Assembly: GCA_047601445.1 (NCBI GenBank)
Contig: JASGJH010000001.1
Coordinates: forward strand, 8,544,001 to 8,608,000
From: Myxococcales bacterium
GTDB taxonomy: Bacteria > Myxococcota_A > Polyangia > Polyangiales > DASUME01
DNA: 64,000 nt
Reading direction: 5' to 3'
Program-made: the position numbers and the translations under genes
Part shown: positions 9,011 to 21,526 of the stretch, in pieces
Layout: each line of letters begins with the position of its first letter
Position numbering within the stretch: the stretch's first letter is position 1
Notes under the pieces: model-generated
Told to the model about the DNA's origin: nothing
Seen by the model: the letters and a program-made list of their open reading frames with translations, nothing else
Database searches by the model: none

Positions 9011-10547
9011 GGAGTATCGATGTAGTTCCCTCGCGCGTGGCGGGCAACCAAATCTCGAAGCGTGTGCCGCCACCTTCTGCACTGGTGCAACGGATACGTC
9101 CGCCATGGGCGGTGACGATTTGCTGACACAGAGGCAAGCCGATGCCCGTGCCATGCTGCTTGGTGGTGTAGAAGAGCTCGAAGATCTTTTCGCGCTCGCT
9201 CTCTGGGATGCCGCTACCGGTGTCGCTCACGGAGAGCTCCACACCGTCGTCCTTGTTCCGCAGGTGCAGCTCGATTTTGCCGCCGTCGGGCATCGCCTCC
9301 CGTGCGTTGCGGCACAGGTTGAGTAGGGCCTGGCGCAGCTGGCCCCGGTCTACCGAGGCGTGGGCGAGGCCGGGCTCGAGCGCGAGCGCGAGCTGCACCT
9401 GGGCTTGGACCATCTCGGGCTTGAGGAAGGTGGCGAGGTCCTGGGTGAACTCGCCGAGGTCGGTGCTCTCGGGCTTGGGCTCGGGCAGGCGCACGAGGCG
9501 CAGGTATTGTTCGGTGATGTCGGTGAGGCGGTCGACCTCACGCTTGACGGAGGTGAGCATCGGCAGCGACTCGGGCGCCGCTTGACCCACGTCCTCCTCG
9601 AGCATCTCGACGTTGAGCCGGATGCTGTTGAGCGGGTTTCGCACCTCGTGTGTCACGTGCGCGGCCAGGCGTCCCACGGCGGCCAGGCGCTCGGTGCGGC
9701 GCAGCTGGGCATCGCGCTGCGAGAGGGCGTCCACCATGCGCTCGAACTCGCTGGCCACGTGACCGATCTCGTCGTTGGCGTGGGGCTCGACGCGCGTGGC
9801 GAGGTCACCGCGTGCCACGGCGCCCACGCGTTCGGTGAGCTTGGTGAGCGGGCGCAGCATTTGTTGTGACCAAAAGCTGATGGCGAGTCCCAACGCCAAG
9901 GCCACCAGTCCGAGTCCCACCAGGAGGCCGAGCGCGCGGCCCTCGTCGTCGCGGGCCTTGCGGCTGGTGGATGCGATGCGCTCGTTGATCAACTGCCAGG
10001 CTGTGGAGAGGTGGCTCTGACCCTGGCGCTCGCGCACGCGCACGCTGGCCAGTGCGGCTGCGGCGGCGCTGCGATCACGGTTGGCGAGGGCGGAAGAGAG
10101 CGCGTCGAAGTCGTCTTCGGAGAGCTCGTACTCGAACAACACCGCTTCGAGTTCGGCGTGCAGCGTGTTGAGGGTGGCGCGATCGCGCTCGTCGTGGACC
10201 AGGCGCTGGGCCTGATTGGCGGCGTCGAGGGCGCGACGTAGGGGGAAGGGGCGTACGCGGCGCGCGATCTCGAGCCAGCCCTCGGTGGCCGAGGTGTCGC
10301 CGCCTTCCAGGGTGCGCTCGACCATGGTGGCGAAGGCGCCCTGGGTGGCGCGGGCTTCGCTGATGGAGAGCGAGAGCGGCAGGTAACCCTCGTGGAGCAA
10401 ACGCAGGGTGGCGGCGGTGCGCTGGTGCTGCCACAGGCTGATGCCCGACACGACCGCGAACAGCAGCAGCACCACGGCGAAGCCAGCGAAGATGCGCGCC
10501 GGAATACTGCGGGTGGGCTGGACGGCCCCGGCTGTGCGTTCACCCAT
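8991..10547 (-). CDS. Membrane sensor histidine kinase (HAMP-HisKA-HATPase)
   Basis: Two TM segments, HAMP, H-box HEVRNPL, N/G1/F/G2 boxes (NAREA, DTGSG, FYTTK, GTGIGL). Confidence 0.93.
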   Translation of the reverse strand: MGERTAGAVQPTRSIPARIFAGFAVVLLLFAVVSGISLWQHQRTAATLRLLHEGYLPLSLSISEARATQGAFATMVERTLEGGDTSATEGWLEIARRVRPFPLRRALDAANQAQRLVHDERDRATLNTLHAELEAVLFEYELSEDDFDALSSALANRDRSAAAAALASVRVRERQGQSHLSTAWQLINERIASTSRKARDDEGRALGLLVGLGLVALALGLAISFWSQQMLRPLTKLTERVGAVARGDLATRVEPHANDEIGHVASEFERMVDALSQRDAQLRRTERLAAVGRLAAHVTHEVRNPLNSIRLNVEMLEEDVGQAAPESLPMLTSVKREVDRLTDITEQYLRLVRLPEPKPESTDLGEFTQDLATFLKPEMVQAQVQLALALEPGLAHASVDRGQLRQALLNLCRNAREAMPDGGKIELHLRNKDDGVELSVSDTGSGIPESEREKIFELFYTTKQHGTGIGLPLCQQIVTAHGGRIRCTSAEGGGTRFEIWLPATREGTTSILHATEAT

Positions 10548-10561
10548 GTGCGGAGGCAACG

Positions 10562-13156
10562 CTACCGCGAAACGGGGGATTTTGCCTGAGACTTGAGCGG
10601 GGGCGCCTCGGCGGCCTGGCTTTGGGCCCGGTTTTTGACCTGCGCGAGCGTGGTCCGGGCGCGCTTTTGGTCCTCGGGTGAACGTGCGAGTTCGAGCGCG
10701 AGCTCGGCCTCTTCGATGGCGGCTTTGGGGGAATTCAGGGCGGAGAGCGCCTCCGCGCGCAGGCGGTGCAGGTCCGGGTTGGCCGGGTCGAGGTAGAGGC
10801 CGGCCTCGGAGCGCTCGAGCAGCAGGGCGTACTCGCGGTTCTCCGCCAACAACGTGAGCAGCTTGAGCAGGGGGGCGCGGGCGTGCTGGTCGAGGAAGGA
10901 GACCTTGAGTAGGGCGGCCTGGAGGCGTGCGCGGTCATTGAGCTTGGTCGAGAGCTCGGCGTCGAGTTCGTAGGCCTCCGTGCGATCGGGGTCGAGCGCC
11001 TCGGCGCGACTCAAGTGTACGAGGGCGCGTACGTCGTCATTGAGCTTGTGCTCGGTGCGCGCCAGCAGCATGCGGATCTGGTAGCCGTCGAGGCCCTCGG
11101 CGAGCATGGCGTCGAGCGCGCGCTTGGAGGTCTGGAGGTCGCCGTGCTTGAGCGCGAGGTGGGCGCGCGTGAAGAGGGCCAGCGGTTGTTTGGGATCGCT
11201 GGCGAGCACCGCCGTGGCCAGTGCCTGAGCCTGCGCGTCCTGATTGGCGAGCGCGAGGGCCATGGCGTGGGCGGCGCGCTGCTCGGGGCTGGCTTCAGGA
11301 CCTTCGGCGGCTTTGCTGATGGCGGACAGATCCCGGTATTGCAGCGCGTCCACGCGCAGGTCGCTCGCGTAGCGCTTGCCGAGCTGTGCGCGCAGTGCGG
11401 CCGAGAAATCACGGTCGAGGTCCGTGAGGCTGATGCCGAGGGCCTCCGGACATGCCTGCTCGAGGCTCTTGCCCTGGCCGAACATGCGCAAGAGCTGGGG
11501 GATCTTCTCGAAGCCGAAGCGCGTGACGATGTACTCCATGGCCACCGAGCTCGCGTAGTAGGCCACCATCAAGTCCTGGGGATTGCGCGCGTGCGTGAAG
11601 GCGTGATTCATCTGGACGAGTGAGGGCAGCCGATTGGCGATCAGGGCGTCGTAGAGTGGTCGGTCGTCTTCGCGCTTCCACTCCGGTCGGGCACGCTTGG
11701 TCTCGTACTCCGCCAGGCCCTCGGTGAACCAGCGCGGCACGCGGCTCTTCGAGAGCTGCACGTGGAACACGTGGGACAGCTCGTGCCACAGGATTTGGCC
11801 CCAGTTGAACTCTCCGCCGGCGGGCGAGAGGGCGGTCAGCACGCGACCGAAGCACACCCCCTGCAGTCCGAGGCGCGGTAGGCCCGACGTGCGCACCGAG
11901 AAGTGCTCCGGGCTGGCGTACAGCTCGATGAAGGTGGGCGCGAGCGGCGAAAACCCGTAGCGGGCCTGCATGTCTGCGTAGGCCTTCTTGAGCAGAGGCA
12001 CGGCGTAGCGGCTCAAGAGCCCGCGCTCGTCCTTGTGCATGCGCAGCTGGAAGGGGGCGGCCTCGAAGTTCACGTACTGCTTGTTGATGATGTCGTCGTA
12101 GAGATTGAGCGTGTTGTAGACGAGGACGTTGTAGTGATCCCTGGCCCAGGCACGGTGCAGGGCGTCGAGGCCCTCCGTCTCACGCCCCACCCGCAGCAGG
12201 TTCATGCCGCGCGTGGCGTGGGCGTAGGCGTCTTCGGGGTCGAGCTTGAGCGCTTCGTCGGAGAGCCGCACCAGGTCCTCGTAGCGGTGCTCCCACTCGG
12301 CGTAGGTGGCGATGATGGAGTACATGCGCGAGAAGCGTGGGTGCTCGCTGAGCACCTGCTTCACGGCCCGCTCGAAGCCCGGCCCGTCCTCGGCCAAGAA
12401 GCGCACGGCGGCGCGCACGCTGAGCGCCTCGAGGTCGCGCGGGTTGATCTTGAGGGCGGCGTCGAGCTCGCTGTCGGCGAGCGGCAGATCCTCGTCGCGC
12501 AGGGCGATGGCGGCGCGCGTGACGTGCACCGCGGACAGGTTGGGATCGCTGGCCTGGGCCTGATCGAGCAAGGCCTCCACCTCGGGCACGGGGGCGTTCT
12601 GCTCGATGCGCAGGCGCGCCATGCGCTCGAGGGCGCGCGGCTGCTTGGGGTCCAGGGCGAGCACCTTGGCCACGCCAGTCTGAGCGTTGGCGAAGTCGTT
12701 CTTCTCCAGGAAGAGCTCGACCCATGCGAGCTCGATGCCGACGTTCTGGGGAGCGGCATGCACGGCGCTGGCAAAGGCCTGGTTGGCGTCGCGGTAGGAG
12801 CCAAGGCCATGGGCTGCCTCGGCCACCGCCCACATGCCCTCGGCGTCGTCGTCCTGGATGTTGCCGGCGTTGTAGAGGTCGATGATGCGGTGGAAGCGGG
12901 CGGCGGCCTGTTCGCGCTCTCCGCGCAGCGCGAGCATCTGCCCATCCAGCGCGAGCGCGCGCGGGAGCTTGCTCTGGAGCAGGGGCTCGAGCGTCTTCTG
13001 GGCCTTGTCGTACTCGCCGCGCGCGACGGCGTTTTCGGCGATGGCGAGCCGTTGGGCCGGGCTCTGGGTGGCCTTCTTGGGGGCGTCCGCGCGCGCTCCG
13101 AGACAGAGGAGGAGACACAGGGACGTCGAGCTCAACAAGGCCCGCATATTCCCCAT
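10562..13156 (-). CDS. Secreted TPR-repeat protein with a central gluzincin (peptidase MA-like) domain
   Basis: Signal peptide; many TPR helices; HELSH...WFTEGLAEY zinc motif. Confidence 0.82.
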   Translation of the reverse strand: MGNMRALLSSTSLCLLLCLGARADAPKKATQSPAQRLAIAENAVARGEYDKAQKTLEPLLQSKLPRALALDGQMLALRGEREQAAARFHRIIDLYNAGNIQDDDAEGMWAVAEAAHGLGSYRDANQAFASAVHAAPQNVGIELAWVELFLEKNDFANAQTGVAKVLALDPKQPRALERMARLRIEQNAPVPEVEALLDQAQASDPNLSAVHVTRAAIALRDEDLPLADSELDAALKINPRDLEALSVRAAVRFLAEDGPGFERAVKQVLSEHPRFSRMYSIIATYAEWEHRYEDLVRLSDEALKLDPEDAYAHATRGMNLLRVGRETEGLDALHRAWARDHYNVLVYNTLNLYDDIINKQYVNFEAAPFQLRMHKDERGLLSRYAVPLLKKAYADMQARYGFSPLAPTFIELYASPEHFSVRTSGLPRLGLQGVCFGRVLTALSPAGGEFNWGQILWHELSHVFHVQLSKSRVPRWFTEGLAEYETKRARPEWKREDDRPLYDALIANRLPSLVQMNHAFTHARNPQDLMVAYYASSVAMEYIVTRFGFEKIPQLLRMFGQGKSLEQACPEALGISLTDLDRDFSAALRAQLGKRYASDLRVDALQYRDLSAISKAAEGPEASPEQRAAHAMALALANQDAQAQALATAVLASDPKQPLALFTRAHLALKHGDLQTSKRALDAMLAEGLDGYQIRMLLARTEHKLNDDVRALVHLSRAEALDPDRTEAYELDAELSTKLNDRARLQAALLKVSFLDQHARAPLLKLLTLLAENREYALLLERSEAGLYLDPANPDLHRLRAEALSALNSPKAAIEEAELALELARSPEDQKRARTTLAQVKNRAQSQAAEAPPLKSQAKSPVSR

Positions 13157-13173
13157 GGTAGGCCCTAAAGAGC

Positions 13174-14555
13174 TCACAAGCGAGCCGTAAGCTTGACCTT
13201 GAGGTAGTGGTCGAGCAGCTTGGGCGCGAGCCCGCGCACGTCGGCCTCGAGCACGCTCACGCCGCGTTTTTCGAGGCTTCTTTCCAGGCGCTCGCGCTCG
13301 CTCAGGAGGTCGATGGCGGCGGCCTTGTGGAACACCTCGGCGGTGGTGCTCGGGAGCACATTGGCGCGCTTTTGGACGTGCATGTCCTGCAAGCTGACGC
13401 ACACCGCGAGGTGGCGTCGGGTGAGCATGGGGGCGTGCTCGCACACGGCGCTGCCGTGGGTCTCGTTCTCGAGGTCGGTGAATAGCGTGATGAGCGAGCG
13501 CTTGCGTGCGTGGCGCTCCAGGTCGGTCAACAAGCTCCGCACGGCGAAGTGCACGGGCCGAGCCTGCGCCTCGCTCAGGGCGTCCACCAGGCGCATCAAG
13601 TGACGACGCCCGTGCGCGGGCGGCACCAGGCTCAGGCAGCTATCGGCGTACACCATCAGGCCCACCTGGTCACCGGCGTGAAGCGCGGCGTCGGCCAACG
13701 CCAGGGCCGCCTCCACGGCCACGTCGAAGCGCGACTTGAGTACCTTGAGCGTGCTGTCCGTCGCCGGCCCCGCGCGGTGCGATGAGGAGAGCACGGGCTT
13801 CTCGCCCACGGGTTGGCCCATCGTGCGGCTCGCGTCGAGCACCAACCACAGCGTCTGGCTGCGCTCGGGCTGATACAGGCGCGTGACCGGACGATGCCGG
13901 CGCGCGGTGGCTTTCCAGTCGATGGAGCGCAGTGGATCCTGGCTCACGTACTCGCGCAGGGATTCGAGCTCGCTGCCCTGGGTGGCGCGTCGCAGCTTCT
14001 GGGCCATGCCGCCGAGCTCTTCGCGGCGCGCGCGCTGTGCTTCTTCGTCGAGGGGCAGGGCGGGTAGGGCGCGCACCTCCTGAGCGTCGCCTGCCATGAG
14101 GTGCACGGCCGCGAGCCCGAGACGTGTCTCCAGGCGCAGCGCAACCCGCCCCAGACTCAAGCTGCCGCGCGCGGTGGGCGTGAGCTCGGCGTTGAGCTCC
14201 CTACGTTTGCCCGGAGGCAGCGCGGCCTGGTGGATCTCGCAGCTCGTATGCAAGGTCTCCGGCAGTTGATCGCGCACGCTGGCGCGCAAGAAGATCCCGC
14301 TGCGGTTCTGCACGTGCAGGCGTACCTGGGCCGGCGCTCCCACGCGCAAGCGAGAGGCGAGCTCGCGCTCCACGCTCAGCTGAGCCGCACGCAGCCGCAG
14401 GGCGTCGTACAAGAACAGGCTCAAGAGCAAGAGGTCGACCGCCAGGGTGCCGAGTGCAGCGTCCTGGGGCGCGGCGAACACGGCAGGCAACAGGCCCGCG
14501 GCCAGCCAGGCGAAGGCGCGCTTTCCCACACGGATCTGGCGGACCTCGCTGCTCA

Positions 14556-14556
<1 letters not shown>
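13174..14556 (-). CDS. DUF58 family (MoxR-associated, vWA-like) protein
   Basis: ESLREY...D.LR.IDWKATAR, LDASRTM, LFTDL; directly follows moxR. Confidence 0.9.
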
Positions 14557-15514
<958 letters not shown>

Positions 15515-15518
<4 letters not shown>

Positions 15519-16768
15519 GCCGCATCTCCATGTTGTCCGCCCGGCGCGTTGCCCGCCTCGGCCAGCGCAATCGCAAACGTGAGGTCCTGTTCTATCTTGC
15601 GGGCCCGCCCGAGCAGCGATTCTCCCCGCTGCAGAGGATCGGTCGCGTGAGCTTCGATCTTTCGCGCGCAGGTGGCCACGGCGTGGAAGCCCGAGCTCTC
15701 GAGCCATGCCGCGATGCGCTCCGGCTCCACCCCGACTGCGCGGTAGCGTCGGCCCAGGCGTGCGAGTGCGCTGCGTGAGAGCACCTGCAAGGCACCGGCC
15801 TCGTCGGCGCATTGCTCGTACATGCGCGAGAGCGCGCCCAGGTAGCTCTGACGCTGGCGAGGCAGCGTCGTCGGAGCTGGGCGCGCTCGCCCCAGGCGCG
15901 CACTGTGGGCCGCCAACAACGCCAGACCCACGAGCAGCACTTGCAGCGCGATCACGCCGTAGCCGCGCTCGCGCAGGTAGCCGATCAAGGAGCGACGCTC
16001 GCCCATGCCCAGGTGGTACTCGTCGAACCAGACGGGCCCTGCCGGTGCGAACGCGGAGAGCAGGCGCGACACGATGACGCCGCCGCCCTGGGCCAGCCCG
16101 CGGTTGGTGAGCGCCTCCGGCACCCCCAGCAGCACCACTCGGCCCCGTCCAAAGGGAGCGGTGAGCCCGAGGGGCCCGTACTCGCTCTCGAGCAGCACCG
16201 TGGCTTCGCTGTCCATGGCCACGCGCAGGTTGCGAGCACTCACCGCGTCGAAGGGCAGCATGTGGGCGAGTGGCGCGCCGGAGGGGACGGCCTCGAGATG
16301 CTTGGGCAACGTCGCTGCCTTGGATCCATGTTCGTTGATGAGCTCCTCGAGCCAGCTCTGCTTGGCGGGGTCGCTGCAGTCCGCGGGCTGATCGAATGAC
16401 AGGCCGCTGCGCTCGGGCAGGTAGCCTTCCACGCCGGCCACGATCAGGAGCCCGCCTGCTTCGACGAAGCGCGTCACCTCCTCGCGTTCCGGTCGCAACA
16501 GCGGTCGCACTTGCTCGCCCTCGCAGCCTGCGATGGCGAACAACGTGCCGGCGTCGAGGTGACTGATCTCGTGGCTGAGGCGCGCCGGTTTTAGCCCCAA
16601 TTCCTCCACCAAGCGGTACAGCGCGCGCGTACCCTCGGCTCCCGCGCCGTAGGTGGAGTAGGGCGCCGAGAAGCGGCCCCGGTTTCCCACGCGCGCAGCG
16701 AACACGCCGAGGCTCGCCAGCGCGACGATGCAGAGCACGGCGAGCGCGAACTTGCCGGGCCGCATCAA
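15515..16768 (-). CDS. DUF4350-like membrane-anchored protein
   Basis: STY...GTRALY, V..GG.L, G.GRVV, WFDEYH motifs; position upstream of moxR. Confidence 0.78.
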
Positions 16769-18459
16769 CCGGCCCCCATTTCGCCGCCCGGCGGCTCGAA
16801 TGCCACCAACGCGTTTGCCAGGCTCAGGCAGCGCTCGAACGCTGCCCGATCGAGCGACAGGTCGCCGTAGCGAACGGCGTCGAAGGTGCGGGTCAACTCG
16901 GCGAAGGGTGCACGCTGATCGCGTCCTGCGAGTTGCCGCAGGTAGTGACCGTTGGTGCGCTCAGGCGCGAGCTGGAGCAGGTCTTTGCGCGCGAGCCCGA
17001 CCAGCGCCCCGAGGTACAGCGCGCGCAGGGCTTCGCGTGGATCGCGGGCGAACAACCGCGCCGCGTCGGCGAAGTGATCCTCCGAGGACCGCGCGAACGG
17101 ATCGGGTTCGGGCTGGGCGGCGCTGCGTGATGCGCGCGTGGTGCGACGCGGGCCGCCGCTGAAGGCGAGCTTGGCGAGCGCGAGCATCAGCAGCACCACG
17201 GCCAGCGTGAGGAAGAGCTTGCTGCCCGGAAGATTGCCCCAGGACCAGCCGGGTGGGAGCCGCTCCGGCTTCACCTCCGAAGCTTCCTTGAACCAATCGT
17301 CGAACAAGCGCTCGAGCCAGCGCCGCAGCGCGCCCTTGCCGTCGATCCTCCAGCTCTCGTCGGGAAACTCCGCGAACGCAGGCTCCGCCAGGATGGCGAG
17401 CACGCGCGCCTCGAGGGCGGCGTCGCGCTCCTGGGCGCGCAGACACGACTCGTCGCAGGCGTCCTCGGGTGCGGGTTCCTCCAGTGCCACCTCATCGACG
17501 CCTGGCGACGTGGGCTCCTGAGCCAGGGCCGGTGCGGCGGAGCCAGCAAGCGAACAGCACAACAGCACCCCGAGACCCGCGCGTAGCTTCGTCTCTTCCT
17601 TCAGCGCCGCGCGTCCCTGCTTATCGGCCGAGCGCAGCGCTCGCGCCACCAGGGTCCGCACCCCGGCGCCCTCACGCACGAGCTCCGCGTCCACGTAGAA
17701 CACGGAGGAGAGCGCGGCGCGCACCGGATCCAGCAGCGAAAGCGCGAAGGCCGTTACGCACAGGAGCACGAAGTGATTCTGAGGTGACACGAAGGCCCGC
17801 ACGGACGCGAGGTCGAGCCCGAGCGAGGTTTGCCCCAGCGTGACCAGCAGCACGAGACCCGCGCCGACGTTGATCATCAAGGCGAGTCCACCCAGCAGCA
17901 AAAGTAGCTCGCACGCGAGGGCCTGGCCCCGCTGTCCTTCACAGTGCACCAGCGCGGCCCGCATGGCCCGAAAGCCTGTGCGCTCGCCGCTCACGTTCAC
18001 CACCGCGAGCCAACTCGGTGCGATGGACCCGCGCAGGCACCAGAGCGGCAGCAAGAGCGGCAAAAGCCAGGGATCTACATGCAGCACGATCACCACGGGC
18101 CACAGCCAGAGCCAGAGCTCGACGCCCACCCAAAGGCTGGCGCGTACCACGAGCGACGCGGGAGCCAACACAGGACGCACGCCGCTCTGATCGAGCTCGT
18201 GTTGGGCCCGGCGGCCGGCCCAGCGCCCGAGCACCAGGGCGCGCAGCGCGAACGTGGCCACCAGCAGCAGTGCGAACAGGGGCCTCAGCGAGCGCACGCC
18301 CTCCACCCGCTCGAGGTAGTAAAGAGACACCGACAGCCAGGCCAGGAGCGCGCCGGGGAGCCAAGCCAGACCCAACTCCGAGAGCGGCTGGGTGCGCGCG
18401 ATCTCCAGGGCGCGGTCGAGCGTCTCCAGGGCACCCCGTGGCTTGGTCGGGCTGCTCAC
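16765..18459 (-). CDS. Multi-TM membrane protein with C-terminal DUF4129-like domain
   Basis: GTG overlaps the upstream stop; several TM helices; EALRALY...TNGHY...FDAVRYG. Confidence 0.75.
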   Translation of the reverse strand: MSSPTKPRGALETLDRALEIARTQPLSELGLAWLPGALLAWLSVSLYYLERVEGVRSLRPLFALLLVATFALRALVLGRWAGRRAQHELDQSGVRPVLAPASLVVRASLWVGVELWLWLWPVVIVLHVDPWLLPLLLPLWCLRGSIAPSWLAVVNVSGERTGFRAMRAALVHCEGQRGQALACELLLLLGGLALMINVGAGLVLLVTLGQTSLGLDLASVRAFVSPQNHFVLLCVTAFALSLLDPVRAALSSVFYVDAELVREGAGVRTLVARALRSADKQGRAALKEETKLRAGLGVLLCCSLAGSAAPALAQEPTSPGVDEVALEEPAPEDACDESCLRAQERDAALEARVLAILAEPAFAEFPDESWRIDGKGALRRWLERLFDDWFKEASEVKPERLPPGWSWGNLPGSKLFLTLAVVLLMLALAKLAFSGGPRRTTRASRSAAQPEPDPFARSSEDHFADAARLFARDPREALRALYLGALVGLARKDLLQLAPERTNGHYLRQLAGRDQRAPFAELTRTFDAVRYGDLSLDRAAFERCLSLANALVAFEPPGGEMGAG

Positions 18460-18740
18460 AGCGAACCCGCCCCCGGCAGCATGACTTCCAACATGGTCCA
18501 GGCGAGTAAGGCCAGCGTCAAAAAGCCCAAGCTCAACGCCAGGCTCGGGGGCAGCCCGCGACGCGTCGTGGTGGGTTCGTTGGCCAGCTGGCGACTCAGA
18601 TTCGTCAGGCAGGTCTGGCAGTGGTTGATGCCGTCGAGCTTGGTCAGGCAATCGCTGCAGAAGGCGTTCGAGCAGCGTACACAGACTCCCACCGCGTCAC
18701 GCTGGGGGTGTCGGCTGCAGATGGCTGAGGGCCCGACCAT
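18456..18740 (-). CDS. Small B-box-type zinc-finger membrane protein
   Basis: CSRHP...CVRC...CSDC...HCQTC followed by one TM helix. Confidence 0.8.
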   Translation of the reverse strand: MVGPSAICSRHPQRDAVGVCVRCSNAFCSDCLTKLDGINHCQTCLTNLSRQLANEPTTTRRGLPPSLALSLGFLTLALLAWTMLEVMLPGAGSL

Positions 18741-18803
18741 AGGCCGGCAGATCCTACCACCTGGATGCGGCGGCGCGGACGGCTAAGCTTGTCCTTCGTA
18801 CCC

Positions 18804-19514
18804 ATGAAGCCGCTCCTCCTCCTCAAGGTCGGTCGCACGTTCGAGACGATCGCCGCCCAACGTGGTGACTACGACGTCTGGTTTCGCGACCGCCTGGGGA
18901 TGAGCAACAGCGAGCTCCAGGTGGTGCATGTCGACCGCGGCGAGGCCCTGCCCGAGGCCTTCGACTACGCGGGCATCGTGGTCACGGGGAGTTTCGCCAT
19001 GGTGACCGATCGCGAGGCCTGGAGCGTGGCGACCGCAGCCTACCTGCGCGAGGCCGTGCAGCGGGCCGTGCCCACCCTGGGGGTGTGCTACGGACACCAG
19101 CTCTTGGCCGACGCGTTCGGCGGGCAGGTGGCCGACAACCCGCGCGGACGTCAGGCGGGCACCATCACGGTCGATCTCGAGCCAGCCGCCGCGCTCGATC
19201 CGCTGTTCGCCGGGATGCCCGAGCACATGCGGGTCCAGGTGAGCCACAAGCAGAGCGTGATCGAGCTGCCGCCCACGGCCACCTTGCTGGCGTCCTGCGC
19301 AGGCGACCCGCACCACGCCTATCGCATCGGCGAGTTTGCCTGGGGCGTGCAGTTTCACCCCGAGTTCGATGGCTGGACGGCTCGCGCCTACATCGAAGCG
19401 CGCCGCGAGATCTTCCTGAACGAGGGGCGCGATCCCGACGCGTTGATCGCCGCCGTCGAAGACAGCGACCACGGCGGGCGCATCCTGACTCGCTTCGCGC
19501 GCCTGGTGAGCTAG
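18804..19514 (+). CDS. Class I glutamine amidotransferase (GMP-synthase-like GATase)
   Basis: VVTGS, GVCYGHQLL nucleophile elbow, QFHPE. Confidence 0.92.
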   Translation: MKPLLLLKVGRTFETIAAQRGDYDVWFRDRLGMSNSELQVVHVDRGEALPEAFDYAGIVVTGSFAMVTDREAWSVATAAYLREAVQRAVPTLGVCYGHQLLADAFGGQVADNPRGRQAGTITVDLEPAAALDPLFAGMPEHMRVQVSHKQSVIELPPTATLLASCAGDPHHAYRIGEFAWGVQFHPEFDGWTARAYIEARREIFLNEGRDPDALIAAVEDSDHGGRILTRFARLVS

Positions 19515-19555
19515 GGGTCAGGGGCCTAGGTTCCGCGGACTTGCGTTTGCTGGGT

Positions 19556-19719
19556 CGCTCACGCACGCCGTTGCCGTTCAGGTCAAAGCCCGCGTCGCCG
19601 ACCATGTCGAGGTCAACGGCCAAAGTCTTTCTCCGCCGGATCGCCGACCAACCCTGGGCGATCGCGGTCGCAGTGGTGGACATAGACGACGACTTTGACG
19701 GCGACGGTGTGCGTGAGCG
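19556..19719 (+). repeat. Long imperfect inverted repeat between convergent genes
   Basis: 19556-19577 pairs with 19698-19719 (22 bp, 2 G.U); inner GATCGCC/GGCGATC stem. Confidence 0.7.
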
Positions 19720-19758
19720 CCTCCGCATTGACGATCAGCACATCTTCGTTTCACAAAC

Positions 19759-21345
19759 CTAGCGTCGGATCTCCGCAGGACCGAGGATGGGCCCCACGCG
19801 CTGCGCCAGCGCGCTCATGCTGAAGGGCTTCTGAAGGAAGCTCTTGGCGCCGCGGTCGATCAACGCTTGGGCCTGGCCGTCGATGCTGTAGCCGGAGGCC
19901 ACCACCACCTGCACTTCGGAATCGATCTCGGTGAGCCGCTCGAAGGTCTCAGCGCCCGACAGTCCCGGCATGATCAAGTCCAGGAGCACCAGGTCGACTT
20001 GGTAGGGGTGGGTTCGGAAATAGGCGATCGCGCTTTCGCCATCGGCGAATGTGGTGACGTGACAGCCGAGCGCCTCGAGCATGCCGCGCGCCACCTCGCG
20101 CACGCTCTCTTCGTCGTCCACCACCATCACGCGGCCCCGTAGGCGCAAGCTCTGGGGCTCGTTGTTCTCGGGGAAGAAGGAGACCCTGCGATTCGACACG
20201 GGTAAGTAGATCGTGAAGATGCTGCCCTTGCCGACATAGCTCTCCACGCCGACGGCCCCGTGGTGGTTCTTGAGCGTGCCGTACACGGCGGCCAGGCCCA
20301 GGCCAGTGCCGGCGCCGATTTCCTTGGTGGTGAAGAATGGCTCGAAGATGCGCGCGCAGACCTCGGGCTCCATGCCCACGCCCGTGTCGCGCACTTGTAG
20401 ACACACGTAGTCGCCGGGCTCGAGTCCGTACGGGGGCGGCACTTCGTTGGACGGCAGAAAGTTCCTGTTGAAGGTGTGCAGGCTGATCGTTCCGCCTTCG
20501 GGCATGGCGTCGCGCGCGTTCAGCAACAGATTCAACACCGCGCTCTGCAGCTGCGACGGGTCGCCCACGGTGCGTGGCTGCGCGGCCCCGAGCTCGGTCT
20601 CCACCTGGATGTTCTTGGCAAAGCTGCGCGTCGCCAGCGAGACCACCTCACGGACCAGTCGGTGCAGATCCACCGGCTCGGAGAGGAACTTGCCGCGCCG
20701 CGAGAAGGCGAGCAGTTGCGCCGTGAGGTCGGACGCGACCTTCACCACGCTGGTGAGCTGTTCGAGCTTGCCGAGCACAGCGGGGTTCTCGGCGGCCGCC
20801 AGCTGTGCGAGCTCGGCGTAGCCCAGGATGCCTGCGAGCTGGTTGTTGAAGTCGTGGGCCACGCCGCCCGCCAGGCGACCGATGGCCTCGAGCTTCTCCG
20901 CCTGGGCCAGACGTCCTTCCAGGTTCTTGCGCTCGCGGATGTCCCGGATGAACGCGCAGCTGTACTGGGCCCCGCTCAGCATCAGCAGGGTCGCGCTCAC
21001 CTCCACGGGCACGACGCTGCCGTCCTTGCGGCGATGGCGCGCCTCGAACGTGCGCCGTCCTGCGGTGCGCAAGAGCGTCCAGATCGCCGCCCAGTTTCCG
21101 AGGTCCAGGTCCACGTTCAGATCGAACATGCGCAGCGAGCACAGCTCTTCGACGCTGTAGCCGAGCATTCGGCTGGCTGCCGGGTTGGCGAATACGATGT
21201 GCCCGCTCTCCGCCACCAAGTACGTGGCGTCGGCAATGCATTCGAGGGCGAAGTGCGCGAAGCGATCGAAGTCGGCCGCGTCGACGCGTGGCCCACATGG
21301 GCCTTTGATTGGCTCGTCTTCGTCGCGTAAGCGCGCTCGGTCCAC
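19759..21345 (-). CDS. Cytoplasmic PAS hybrid histidine kinase / response regulator
   Basis: PAS (ANPAA..MLGYS), HDFNNQL, NARDAM, FTTK.IG.GTGLGL, receiver VVDDE...LLDLIMP...KPF; start approximate. Confidence 0.93.
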   Translation of the reverse strand: MDRARLRDEDEPIKGPCGPRVDAADFDRFAHFALECIADATYLVAESGHIVFANPAASRMLGYSVEELCSLRMFDLNVDLDLGNWAAIWTLLRTAGRRTFEARHRRKDGSVVPVEVSATLLMLSGAQYSCAFIRDIRERKNLEGRLAQAEKLEAIGRLAGGVAHDFNNQLAGILGYAELAQLAAAENPAVLGKLEQLTSVVKVASDLTAQLLAFSRRGKFLSEPVDLHRLVREVVSLATRSFAKNIQVETELGAAQPRTVGDPSQLQSAVLNLLLNARDAMPEGGTISLHTFNRNFLPSNEVPPPYGLEPGDYVCLQVRDTGVGMEPEVCARIFEPFFTTKEIGAGTGLGLAAVYGTLKNHHGAVGVESYVGKGSIFTIYLPVSNRRVSFFPENNEPQSLRLRGRVMVVDDEESVREVARGMLEALGCHVTTFADGESAIAYFRTHPYQVDLVLLDLIMPGLSGAETFERLTEIDSEVQVVVASGYSIDGQAQALIDRGAKSFLQKPFSMSALAQRVGPILGPAEIRR

Positions 21346-21475
21346 GGGTTTCCCCCTAACCACAGAACAAAGTATCACCTAGCGCGCCGAATGCAGGGGG
21401 CGAGAGCGCGCGTTGCGCGTTCCCGTGCGCTCTTGCGGGCGGTCCGTGACGGCCCGGGCGGGCGCGCAAATCTCC

Positions 21476-21491
21476 TGGCACTCGGGTTGCT
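21476..21491 (+). promoter_or_regulatory. Sigma54 (-24/-12) promoter
   Basis: TGGCACTCGGGTTGCT, near-consensus with exact spacing, 35 nt before ATG 21527. Confidence 0.7.
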
Positions 21492-21526
21492 GAGAGGCGC
21501 CGCAGTTCTCTTAGCTCGAGGTTTTC

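Noticed and set aside
19515..19762. FG-GAP/EF-hand-like peptides (DFDGDGVRE, DLNGNGVRE) on both strands
   Set aside because: They are the two arms of the inverted repeat read as codons; no credible start or RBS.
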